From an uncultured SAR116 cluster alpha proteobacterium (GTDB taxonomy: Bacteria; Pseudomonadota; Alphaproteobacteria; Puniceispirillales; Puniceispirillaceae): a DNA stretch of 64,000 nt. Positions 30,319 through 39,817 of the stretch are shown here, in pieces. The stretch's first letter is position 1. Each line of letters begins with the position of its first letter. The stretch lies in assembly GCA_902632595.1 (NCBI GenBank), contig CACPDC010000007.1:3176-67175 (forward strand), in the 5' to 3' direction. A program made the position numbers and the translations under genes. The notes beneath the pieces were generated by a model that searched no databases, was not told the origin of the DNA, and saw only the letters and a list, made by a program, of their open reading frames with translations.

Positions 30319-30349
30319 TTAACAGAAAAGTGAGAATAATTTTGGCATA

Positions 30350-31189
30350 TCAATTATTCGATTTTTCAGGATTTGGAGTAAATACTCGCTGTCCGTCAAT
30401 TTCGAATTGTTGGATAGCTGATTGACCTTTATCTGAAATAAGCCAGTCAATAAATAATTGACCCTGTTCAGACTTTACCGAAGGGCATTTTTTTTTGTCA
30501 ATAAGCATAACCCCATAAGGGTTAAATAATTGGCTGTCCCCCTCTAAAACAATCTTATAATCTAGCTTATTTGAGAACGAATGCCAGCTGGCTCTGTCAA
30601 CAATAGTGTAAGCATTTAGACCAATTGCTATATTCAGTGTCGCTCCCATGCCTGAACCAGTCTCGAAGTACCATTTTCCAGAATCAATCTCTGGATTAAA
30701 AGCAATTTCTTCCCAAATTGTTAGCTCTTTACTATGGGTACCAGAATTATCACTTCGAGATACAAATTTAGCACCAGTCACAATTATTTTTTTAAATGCT
30801 AATCCAATATCTTGGATTCCAACTATGCCTGCAGGGTCATTACTCGAACCTACCAGTATAAAGTCATTGTACATTACATTATAGCGCTTATTAGCAAAGC
30901 CATCAGCGACAAATTTTTCCTCATCTTTTGGACTATGAACAAATAAGACATCACCGTCACAATTACGGGCATTTTTTATAGCAGCACCAGTTCCAACAGC
31001 AACTACGTTCACGTTTATTCCTGTATCTGATCTGAATAATGGCAGAATATAGTCATAGAAGCCAGAATTTTTGGTTGAAGTTGTTGATTGTACTAATATG
31101 GATTTATTTGACGCAAATGCCGATAGTGGAAAGAAAAGTGTTATTGCTAGATAAGTAATAAAGTACAAATTTTTTGAATTATTTTTCAT
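30350..31189 (-). CDS. periplasmic substrate-binding protein, TupA-like (tungstate/oxyanion PBP family)
   Basis: Signal peptide then ILVQSTTSTKNSGFYDYILPLF and AVGTGAAIKNARNGD-like segment, typical of TupA-type binders. The start could also be the ATG at 31207. Confidence 0.6.
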   Translation of the reverse strand: MKNNSKNLYFITYLAITLFFPLSAFASNKSILVQSTTSTKNSGFYDYILPLFRSDTGINVNVVAVGTGAAIKNARNCDGDVLFVHSPKDEEKFVADGFANKRYNVMYNDFILVGSSNDPAGIVGIQDIGLAFKKIIVTGAKFVSRSDNSGTHSKELTIWEEIAFNPEIDSGKWYFETGSGMGATLNIAIGLNAYTIVDRASWHSFSNKLDYKIVLEGDSQLFNPYGVMLIDKKKCPSVKSEQGQLFIDWLISDKGQSAIQQFEIDGQRVFTPNPEKSNN

Positions 31190-31396
31190 AAAGATTACAG
31201 CTAACATTAAGTAGATAATAAAAATTAACTAAAAATATAAAAATATTAAGACAAAACTATGAAATCAAATTTGCAGATGCAAATGATAAAATACTATATT
31301 TTTTTAATTTTTTTTCCTATTACAATCTTTAAATAAAAAAAAATGAATATCTGTATTTTAATACTCACTGAGTGTGAGTAAGAAAAAGTAAACTAA

Positions 31397-32677
31397 ATGA
31401 ATAAAAAAAATTTTTTTAATGTGCAGTCGAATCTAGGTAGTATTGACCATATTCAAGCTGGAATATTTGACATGAATGGCATAATGCGGGGTAAAAGATT
31501 ACCAGCAACCTCATATCAAAAATTAATTGAAAGAGGAATTCAAATCCCATTTTCAGCGCAAAATATAGATATTTATGGTAGTGATATAGAAAGTAGCAAA
31601 TTTGTTTTTAAAAGCGGTGATAAAGATGGTACAGCAATATGGCAAGGTACACCTTTGGTAGTTTTAAATCATTTGCCCAAACCCATTCTTTTAATGCCAT
31701 TAAGCTTAACATCGAATAATGGTGAGCTTTTTGAAGGTTGCCCAAGAGCATTTCTTAAGACTGTATTGCAAAGAATAAGAGATAAACAATTTATATTTAA
31801 GATTGGAATAGAACTCGAATTTTGCATCTTTTCGGGCGATAATCCGAACTCTATTTTTTCAGAACCTCAATTACTATCCTTATTGGAATTAGATTCCATA
31901 GACCATTTACTTCGGGATATTTCTCATATCATGGAGCAACTTAATATTCAGTGGGAGTCCATATTGTCGGAAGCAGGAATAGGCCAAATAGAAATCGTAT
32001 TGGCTCCTTGTGATGATTTGTGTCATTTAGCAGATTGCATCCTTATTCTAAAACATAGTCTAACGGCTTATGCGATCTCAAAAGGCGTATTTATATCTTT
32101 TGAGGCTAAACCAAAAAAACGTATTTTAGGAAATGGGTTGCATTGCCATATATCATTAGAAAATTTTCAGTCTGAAAATCTATTTGCGAAAGACGACAAT
32201 ATTTTTAGAGCAGCAATAGGGTCGATTCTGTCAATATTAGAGTCAGCAATGCTAATTTTAGCACCACTATCTAACTCTTACAGTAGATTACAGGATAATA
32301 GTCATGCTCCAATAAATATTGGTTGGGGCTTTGACAATAGGACAGTTGCTGTGCGCGTTCCAAATGCTTCTCTTTCAGCAAAAAGATTGGAACTGAGAGT
32401 GGCTGGTGCGGATAGCAATCCTTATTTACTTTTTGCCATATTAGTTTCTGCAATATTGGATGGTATTGATGAGATGGTTAAGGCACCAAAACCAGTTTCA
32501 GGTAACGGGTATGAAGCGAATTTAAAAAGTTTGCCCCGCGACCTTAAAACAGCGATAATTCAATTTGAAAAATCAAAAAAAATACGTCAATGCATGCCGA
32601 CAATATTAAGAGAAATGTTCTTAGCAACCAAAAAGCAGGAAATGCGAACAGTGATTTCAGGAGATTTTGATGAGTAA
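31397..32677 (+). CDS. glutamine synthetase family protein (gamma-glutamyl-polyamine synthetase-like, divergent paralogue)
   Basis: GS catalytic motifs IGIELEFCIF, NGLHCHISL, NSYSRL, GFDNRTVAVRVP, RLELRVAGADSNPYL. Confidence 0.75.
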   Translation: MNKKNFFNVQSNLGSIDHIQAGIFDMNGIMRGKRLPATSYQKLIERGIQIPFSAQNIDIYGSDIESSKFVFKSGDKDGTAIWQGTPLVVLNHLPKPILLMPLSLTSNNGELFEGCPRAFLKTVLQRIRDKQFIFKIGIELEFCIFSGDNPNSIFSEPQLLSLLELDSIDHLLRDISHIMEQLNIQWESILSEAGIGQIEIVLAPCDDLCHLADCILILKHSLTAYAISKGVFISFEAKPKKRILGNGLHCHISLENFQSENLFAKDDNIFRAAIGSILSILESAMLILAPLSNSYSRLQDNSHAPINIGWGFDNRTVAVRVPNASLSAKRLELRVAGADSNPYLLFAILVSAILDGIDEMVKAPKPVSGNGYEANLKSLPRDLKTAIIQFEKSKKIRQCMPTILREMFLATKKQEMRTVISGDFDE

Positions 32678-33638
32678 GGACAAAAAAATATACTCAAATC
32701 CTAGCATTCTCTCCGATCAGAGTTGGAAAAATATTGACCCAGAAAAACGTTTTTTTGAGCCAACATACTCTGGTGCAACAAGTTTTTTAAGACGACCTTA
32801 TTCGATTGCTTTTGATAGTGCGGACATTGTTGTAGTTGGAATACCTTTTGATGGTGCCACAACGTATCGCCCGGGTTGCAGATTGGGGCCCAGAGCGGTA
32901 AGGGCTGCTTCTGTTCAATTAGCTGAACTACCGTCTTTTCCATTTGGTGTAGATCCTTTTTCATCATTGAAAGTAATTGATTCAGGTGATTTTTTTCTTA
33001 ATCCACACCAGCCTGAAACAATTATTTCAGGCATCTATGAACAATCCTCAGCTATAATTGGTTCTGGAGCATCTTTGCTCGCAATTGGGGGTGACCATTT
33101 CATTAGCTATCCTCTATTAAAAGCTCATGCAAAGGCTTTCGGGCCAGTTTCTTTACTGCAGTTTGACGCACATTGTGATACCTGGCAATCTGAAGGCGAG
33201 TTTGATCATGGCACTATGTTTCTTCGTGCTATTAAAGAAGGCCTTATAGACGTTGAAAGTTCGATGCAGGTTGGTATTAGAACGCATAACGATATAAATG
33301 TCGGAATAAAACAAATTACTTCCCCTCAGATACATGAAATGGGGACATCCGCTGTTTTAGAGCAGATACAAGCTCATCTTAAAGGTCGGAAAGTTTATTT
33401 GAGTTTTGATATAGATGTATTAGATCCAGCCTTCGCTCCTGGAACAGGAACCCCTGTATCTGGAGGGTTAGCGTCTTGGCAAGTCCTTCAAATACTGCGT
33501 GGTCTCACTTCATTAAACATCATAGGTTTTGATCTTGTTGAAGTGAGCCCGCCATTTGACCATGCAGAAATTACTTCGATAGCCGCCGCAACTATAATCC
33601 ATGATTGGATTTGTTTGAAAGCTCAACAAATGAGTTAA
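32670..33638 (+). CDS. speB: ureohydrolase family enzyme (agmatinase/guanidino-acid hydrolase)
   Basis: Mn-ligand motifs GGDHFISYP, FDAHCDTW, SFDIDVLDPAFAPGTGTP, DLVEVSPPFD. The ATG overlaps the stop of the upstream gene by 8 nt. Confidence 0.85.
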   Translation: MSKDKKIYSNPSILSDQSWKNIDPEKRFFEPTYSGATSFLRRPYSIAFDSADIVVVGIPFDGATTYRPGCRLGPRAVRAASVQLAELPSFPFGVDPFSSLKVIDSGDFFLNPHQPETIISGIYEQSSAIIGSGASLLAIGGDHFISYPLLKAHAKAFGPVSLLQFDAHCDTWQSEGEFDHGTMFLRAIKEGLIDVESSMQVGIRTHNDINVGIKQITSPQIHEMGTSAVLEQIQAHLKGRKVYLSFDIDVLDPAFAPGTGTPVSGGLASWQVLQILRGLTSLNIIGFDLVEVSPPFDHAEITSIAAATIIHDWICLKAQQMS

Positions 33639-34927
33639 ATCTTAAAATAGTCTTTTAATTTAAACCATGTCATGCCAAGAGCGAGAATAGGTGTTCGCAA
33701 CGGGCCGCCTGGAAAAGGCAGATGTTGAATCTTAGCTAATTGGTTGAATCTTTGCTCTCTTCCAGTTATAGCATCGCTGACAATACTTCCTGCTATTTGA
33801 GAAAATGCAACACCATGTCCGGAATATCCCTGCACATAAATTGCTGTATCAGAAATTTTACCAAAATCTGGTAATCGATTGACTGTAATTCCTATTCTCC
33901 CAGACCAAGCCTGCAATATTTTTTTATTAGAAAGATTTGGAAATACAGCTCTCATTCGTTTCTTTAAATCCGCTTCAACATTTATTGGATCTCTATTAAG
34001 ATAACTTGCGCGACCGCCAAAAATCATTCGTTTCTGTTTATCAATACGAAAATAATTCAAGGCTGTGTTTCCATCAGCTATAGCTGCTTTTGATGGAATC
34101 AATCTTTTGATTTCAGAATCACTTAAAGGCTCTGTTGCCATTACAGAAGAAGTGACTTGTGCTATCCTTCTGCGCATTTGTTTAGGAGCGACAGACCCAA
34201 GATAAGCATTGCCGCAAATAACAAGGTTTTTGGATCGTATCACATGCCCTTCTTTTGTGATAAGTTTGTTTTTATTATTTGCAGTTTTTATGGAGCAAAT
34301 GCGGGTTTTAGTATATATTTTCACGCCGGTGTTTTCCGCCGCATTTGAAATGCCTATTAAGTATTTTAGCGGGTGCAAATGTCCGCTGCCAGCATCATAC
34401 AAACCTCCGATATACGCATCTGAGCGTACGTAATCAAACAATAAAGATTTATTTTCTAAGGCGCGTAGCTTAGAATATCCATGAGCCTCAAATGTTTTTT
34501 GATATTCTTCTAAATATCGCATGTGACCTTTATGGATAGCGGTATGTACATATCCCCATTGAATGTCACATTTTATATTATATTTTTTTATTCTTTCATT
34601 AATAAGATTAGGACCCTCAATACCTACTTGCCACATATCCTTTTTAAATTCAGAATCTATATATTTGGAGAGTTTTTCGAAACCCGATGACCAACCTTGA
34701 CAAATCTGCCCTCCATTTCGACCGGAACCACCGTCGCCTATTTTTCCAGCCTCAAAAAGGCAAACATCATACCCTTTTTCACCAAGAGATAAAGCTGTTG
34801 AAATACCTGTAAGTCCGCCCCCAATGATTGCAATATCACATTTGATGTCTTGAGCCACTTGCCCAAGAAATTCAGGAGGAGAAACATCCAATTGATAGAT
34901 TGATTTTGAAATATGGCTATTTGACAT
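33635..34927 (-). CDS. FAD-dependent oxidoreductase (gamma-glutamylputrescine oxidase PuuB-like, DAO family)
   Basis: N-terminal CDIAIIGGGLTGISTALSLGEKGYDVCLFEA dinucleotide fold, 430 aa, DAO-family layout. Confidence 0.75.
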   Translation of the reverse strand: MSNSHISKSIYQLDVSPPEFLGQVAQDIKCDIAIIGGGLTGISTALSLGEKGYDVCLFEAGKIGDGGSGRNGGQICQGWSSGFEKLSKYIDSEFKKDMWQVGIEGPNLINERIKKYNIKCDIQWGYVHTAIHKGHMRYLEEYQKTFEAHGYSKLRALENKSLLFDYVRSDAYIGGLYDAGSGHLHPLKYLIGISNAAENTGVKIYTKTRICSIKTANNKNKLITKEGHVIRSKNLVICGNAYLGSVAPKQMRRRIAQVTSSVMATEPLSDSEIKRLIPSKAAIADGNTALNYFRIDKQKRMIFGGRASYLNRDPINVEADLKKRMRAVFPNLSNKKILQAWSGRIGITVNRLPDFGKISDTAIYVQGYSGHGVAFSQIAGSIVSDAITGREQRFNQLAKIQHLPFPGGPLRTPILALGMTWFKLKDYFKI

Positions 34928-35099
34928 TATTAATAGACTTTTAGCTTGTAAGGGTTCATTTTTCTTTTAAATCATTTTATCTGATAGTGTATAATGTATA
35001 CATTAATAAAACAGCCTTATAAAAATAACTTATTATTAGTAGTATATAATAATTTTATTATTGAGGAAGAGTAAAAAACTTGGAAAAGGATGGTGCCTT

Positions 35100-36455
35100 G
35101 TGCCGATTCAAACAGATATTCAATACTTTGAAGAACAATATCACCTACCACCATTCTCTGATTTTAAATCTCTAAAAAAAGAGGGTACGCGTATTATTAC
35201 CCATGCAGACGGTCATATCATTTATGATAGTGATGGTAACGCTATTTTAGACGCTATGGCAGGTTTATGGTGTGTTAATGTAGGATATGGAAGAGAAGAG
35301 TTGGTAGAAGCAGCCGCACAACAAATGCAAAAGCTGCCATACTACAATAGTTTTTTTAAGACTAGTAATGAGGCTGTAGCAAGGTTATCTGCAAAACTTG
35401 TTTCTATAGCGCCTGAGCATTTAAATCATATAATTTATGCTAATTCAGGCTCAGAAGCAAATGACACCATCATTAGACTTGTACGACATTATTGGAGTTT
35501 AAAGGGGCAACCTCAAAGAAGGGTGATTATCGGTCGAGAATATGGTTACCATGGGTCTACTATAATGGCAGCTAGTATGGGTGGAATGAAAGCAATGCAT
35601 GAACAATCTGCAAACGAAGCAGATTTTGAGCATATAAGGCCCCCCTATGGATTTTTATATCAAGGAAATCAGACAGAGCGCCAATTTGCTGAGAGTTCAG
35701 CTCGCCTTTTAAAAGAGAAAATTTTGGAAATTGGCGCTGATAAAGTCGCCGCATTCGTAGCAGAACCAGTTCAAGGTGCGGGCGGTGTTATTATACCACC
35801 AGACGGTTATTTTGACCATATTCAAAAAATTTGTGCTGAATTCGGTATATTATTTATTGCAGATGAGGTGATAACGGGTTTTGGACGCACTGGAAATTGG
35901 TTTGCAAGCCAAACAATGAATTTAAAGCCTGATGTGGTGACTCTAGCAAAGGGCTTAACATCTGGGTATATGCCAATGTCTGCCGTGCTTGTGAGTGACA
36001 AAATTGCTGATCACTTGATTAATGAAGGAGGGGAATTTTATCACGGGTTTACCTATTCAGGTCACCCTGTTTCCGCTGCAGTTGCGCTAGCTAACCTAGA
36101 CCTTATTGAAAAAGATGGTCTGATTGAGCGTGTAAGGGAAGTCACGGCTCCTTATCTTACAAAAGAAATTAAGCGATTAGATAGCCATCCACTTGTGGGT
36201 GAAACGCGTAGTTTTGGTTTGCTGGCTTGTGTTGAACTTGTCAAACATAAATCTGGACCAGTTCTTTTTGATCCAATTGGTGAGGTGGGTATGAAATGTC
36301 GTGACCATGCAATTAATAGCGGCTTAATGGTTCGCGCAGTGCGTGATGGAATGATTTTATCACCCCCGTTAAGCTTTGAGAAAACTGATATTGATATCAC
36401 ACTTGAAAAATTACAGCAGGCACTAGATGCCACCTATTCTGAACTTATGAAGTGA
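35100..36455 (+). CDS. class III (omega) aminotransferase, putrescine/beta-alanine--pyruvate type
   Basis: GLWCVNVGYGR, SGSEANDT, FIADEVITGFGRTG, LAKGLTSGYMP (PLP Lys). Start ambiguous: GTG at 35100 or TTG at 35061. Confidence 0.85.
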   Translation: MPIQTDIQYFEEQYHLPPFSDFKSLKKEGTRIITHADGHIIYDSDGNAILDAMAGLWCVNVGYGREELVEAAAQQMQKLPYYNSFFKTSNEAVARLSAKLVSIAPEHLNHIIYANSGSEANDTIIRLVRHYWSLKGQPQRRVIIGREYGYHGSTIMAASMGGMKAMHEQSANEADFEHIRPPYGFLYQGNQTERQFAESSARLLKEKILEIGADKVAAFVAEPVQGAGGVIIPPDGYFDHIQKICAEFGILFIADEVITGFGRTGNWFASQTMNLKPDVVTLAKGLTSGYMPMSAVLVSDKIADHLINEGGEFYHGFTYSGHPVSAAVALANLDLIEKDGLIERVREVTAPYLTKEIKRLDSHPLVGETRSFGLLACVELVKHKSGPVLFDPIGEVGMKCRDHAINSGLMVRAVRDGMILSPPLSFEKTDIDITLEKLQQALDATYSELMK

Positions 36456-36465
36456 GTATTTAATT

Positions 36466-37806
36466 ATGACTCAAAAAATAAATAAATGGCTGGCGAAGCG
36501 CAGTATAACAGAGGTCGAATGCTTGGTCCCAGATATTGCTGGTATCCCAAGAGGTAAGATTTTGCCCGCGGAAAAATATAATAAAGTGTTGCAAGGGAAC
36601 GGCCTTCGTCTTCCGGAATATGTATTTGGTCAAACTGTGACAGGTGATTATCATGACTCAGTTGTTTTGAATGCCGCGGTAGGCGATGTGGTTTTAAAAC
36701 CCGATGAAAATGCAGCTTATCTAGTGCCATGGTATTCCGAGCCAACTGCACAGATCATCCACGATGCATATTATTTAGACAATACTGAGGTAACAGTTGC
36801 TCCTCGATCCGTTCTCAAGCGTGTTATTCGTGGACTAAACGATAAAGGTCTTTCAGCAATAGTGGCGCCGGAACTCGAATTTTTTTTGGTATCACAAAGC
36901 TCAGATCCTGACCACCCGTTAAAAACTCCTCCTGGTAGGTCAGGTAGGGCAGAGACAGGCAAGCAGGCTTATGGAATAGATGCCGTAAATGATTTTGATC
37001 CATTTTTTGAAGATGTTTATGATCATTGTGAAGCTATGGGGCTTGACATTGATACATTGGTTCATGAGGGTGGGGCGGCTCAGATGGAAATAAATTTCAA
37101 TCACGGGGAAGCACTAACACTGGCTGATCAGGCACTTATTTTTAAACGAACCGTAAGGCAGACAGCACTAAACCATCATATACACGCAACCTTTATGGCT
37201 AAACCAATGCAATATCAGCCTGGTTCATCGATGCACTTGCACTGTTCAGTCTGCGACTTGCAAGATGGTCGCAACATGTTTTCGAGTGCTGCAGGTGAAG
37301 ATACAGAAATGTTTCGGCATGCTCTCGGAGGATTACAGCGCTATCTAGCTGGGGGTATGGCATTAATGGCGCCTTATGTAAATAGTTACAGAAGATTTAT
37401 CACAACTTATGACGCGCCTGCAAATGTTGCCTGGGGTATAGATAATAGGACTGTGGGGCTTAGGGTGCCTGCTGGTGATTATAAGAGTCGGCGTATTGAA
37501 AACAGAATCCCTGGGGCAGATGCTAACCCTTATTTGTCAATTGCTCTGACTTTCGCTTGCATTCTTCTTGGTATAGAAGAAAAGATAGAACCTGCAAAGC
37601 CAATGGCAAAGGAATCAGATAATTTGTATACTCTTCCAAGAAATCTTGATATGGCACTTGATAGCCTGGACAAGGCAAAAAAATTGAAAGCAGTACTTGG
37701 GCTAGATTTTATATCCGTATTTAATGAAGTAAAACGAGCAGAGGCTGAAGCATTTTTAAAAGTTATTTCTCCATGGGAAAGAGAATATTTACTTCTGAAT
37801 GTTTAA
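36466..37806 (+). CDS. puuA: glutamine synthetase family protein (gamma-glutamylputrescine synthetase PuuA-like)
   Basis: APELEFFLV, SSMHLHCSV, NSYRRF, GIDNRTVGLRVP, RIENRIPGADANPYL, 446 aa. Confidence 0.8.
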   Translation: MTQKINKWLAKRSITEVECLVPDIAGIPRGKILPAEKYNKVLQGNGLRLPEYVFGQTVTGDYHDSVVLNAAVGDVVLKPDENAAYLVPWYSEPTAQIIHDAYYLDNTEVTVAPRSVLKRVIRGLNDKGLSAIVAPELEFFLVSQSSDPDHPLKTPPGRSGRAETGKQAYGIDAVNDFDPFFEDVYDHCEAMGLDIDTLVHEGGAAQMEINFNHGEALTLADQALIFKRTVRQTALNHHIHATFMAKPMQYQPGSSMHLHCSVCDLQDGRNMFSSAAGEDTEMFRHALGGLQRYLAGGMALMAPYVNSYRRFITTYDAPANVAWGIDNRTVGLRVPAGDYKSRRIENRIPGADANPYLSIALTFACILLGIEEKIEPAKPMAKESDNLYTLPRNLDMALDSLDKAKKLKAVLGLDFISVFNEVKRAEAEAFLKVISPWEREYLLLNV

Positions 37807-37831
37807 AAAATAATTAAAAAACCTCAGAAAG

Positions 37832-39634
37832 TTAATTACTTTTTAATTTGGTGGAAATCGAATATTTGCGCTGATACAATTGTTCCAACCGTTCCTCATA
37901 TAACTGACTTATTTTCTGCCGTTTCAAAAGACCAGATGCTGTTAAACATTCATTTTTAGCTGAAAAAGGCTCATCACTTATTACAAAATTTCTTACCTTC
38001 TCAATGCTGCTTAGTCTTGCATTTGCTGTTTTTACTGCCTCCAACATCATATAAGATAGTCTATTTGGGTTTTGTCGTAATTTTTTTGCTAATGATCGAT
38101 TAGGAGTGATTACAGCAGTAATATATGCATGCTGGTTACCATAGGCCATCGCTTGGTCTATGTCTGGGTGTGCTTCTAATACAGTTTCTATTTTTATTGG
38201 TGAAATATTATCACCACTTGAATTAATAATTATATCCTTTTTTCTACCAGTCAGAGTAATATATCCGTCTGGATGGAGCAAGCCAATATCACCGGTCATT
38301 AACCACCCATCACGCAACTTTTTTTTTGTTGCAACTGGATCGTTCCAATATCCCTTCATTACGAGGTCACCTCTAACACAAATTTCGCCAAGTCTTGTAA
38401 GCTTTGCTTCAACGCCTACCAGCAATTTTCCAACTGTCTCGATTTTTATATTCTTTGGTGGGTTGGCGGAGATTACAGGAGATGCCTCGGTCTTTCCATA
38501 TCCCTGCAGGATACAAATATTTAGTGCTAAAAAAAAATAACCAATTTCAGGGTCTAAAGCAGCGCCCCCTGATACAAATGCTTTCAAACGCCCCCCAAGC
38601 CGTTCATTTATTCGACGTCTTAAAGTTAAGTCTAAAAATTTATTCTCAATTTGCTCAAAGAGTGTAAACGGCAGTTTTTGTATTTTTCTTTTTCCGAGAG
38701 AAATAGCTCTATTAAAAATTTTGCGATTTATTACCCCTTTATGTTGGTAAGATGCATGAATTCTCTCTTTTAAAATTTCATATAATCTTGGCACTGCAGT
38801 CATGATCGTTGGTTTGGTCTCTAACATTGCTGAGGCTAAAGTCTCTGGTCTCTGCAACAAATAAATCTCAGCCCGAATATGTATTGGAAAGAATAGACCT
38901 ATAGAGTGTTCATATGCATGACTGAGAGGTAGAATGGATAAAAAAGTTTCCTTACCTGACGCCAAATTAGTCAAAAGTCCTTGTGCTCCTGCTAAAACAG
39001 CCATAATTGAACGATGTGTTAACATAGCCCCTTTTGGTTTTTCATCACCATCGGAACTATAAATGATGCAGCAGACATCATCGGCAGATATTTTTACAGG
39101 CAAGAAAGCAGATTTTTTCATTGCAGTTATTCCCTCTTTTCCTAAATCCTCCCAACTTACAATTGCTAGATTAAGGGAATGGTGAAGCAATTTACTTTGA
39201 TCTATAAAAACCAACAAATAACAATTCGGAGCCTCCTGGGCAGCTGTTTCAGCAAGTGCAGTGAATTCAGAATTTGAGCAGATAATAGCTCTTGCGCCAG
39301 AATGAGATAAAAGATAGGTGATATCAGTTTGATTGTAAGTAGTTAATAAGGGGACAGAAATGGCGCCAAGATACATAATGGCCAGGTCAGCGATTATCCA
39401 TTCAAGTCTATTTTCTGATAAAATTGCTACTCTGGCTCCGGCTGTTATTCCGCGTTGTGAGAGCGCACTTGCTATTATTGTAACCTGTTCGGAAACCTCC
39501 TCCCAGCTATGACTTATCCATTTATATTCTCGTTTAGTCCAAATGAATGTAGTTTTTGGCTTTTGCTTTGCACGATTAAAAAACATCTCGCAAAGAGAAT
39601 CTTCTTTTGGGCCAAGTCCTTGAATCTGGGGCAT
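37832..39634 (-). CDS. AMP-dependent synthetase/ligase (long-chain acyl-CoA synthetase-like)
   Basis: QGYGKTE, TGDIGLLHPDGYITLTGRKKDII and ..PKGAMLTH motifs, 600 aa. The P-loop is non-canonical (YSSDGDEKPKG). Confidence 0.75.
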   Translation of the reverse strand: MPQIQGLGPKEDSLCEMFFNRAKQKPKTTFIWTKREYKWISHSWEEVSEQVTIIASALSQRGITAGARVAILSENRLEWIIADLAIMYLGAISVPLLTTYNQTDITYLLSHSGARAIICSNSEFTALAETAAQEAPNCYLLVFIDQSKLLHHSLNLAIVSWEDLGKEGITAMKKSAFLPVKISADDVCCIIYSSDGDEKPKGAMLTHRSIMAVLAGAQGLLTNLASGKETFLSILPLSHAYEHSIGLFFPIHIRAEIYLLQRPETLASAMLETKPTIMTAVPRLYEILKERIHASYQHKGVINRKIFNRAISLGKRKIQKLPFTLFEQIENKFLDLTLRRRINERLGGRLKAFVSGGAALDPEIGYFFLALNICILQGYGKTEASPVISANPPKNIKIETVGKLLVGVEAKLTRLGEICVRGDLVMKGYWNDPVATKKKLRDGWLMTGDIGLLHPDGYITLTGRKKDIIINSSGDNISPIKIETVLEAHPDIDQAMAYGNQHAYITAVITPNRSLAKKLRQNPNRLSYMMLEAVKTANARLSSIEKVRNFVISDEPFSAKNECLTASGLLKRQKISQLYEERLEQLYQRKYSISTKLKSN

Positions 39635-39817
39635 ATGCTTCTATTTATTTATATGGTTAGTAGAATAACTATGGCGGTTTTTGATTAAATTAGGCAAGGA
39701 AAATTATAAATTATATCTTTGAGTTGAAGACATAAATTTATTTTGAATAATTTTTCAAATTAACAAACACCAATTTTTTTCCAACCGCGGTTTATTATTT
39801 GAGAGGAAGCATTTTCG

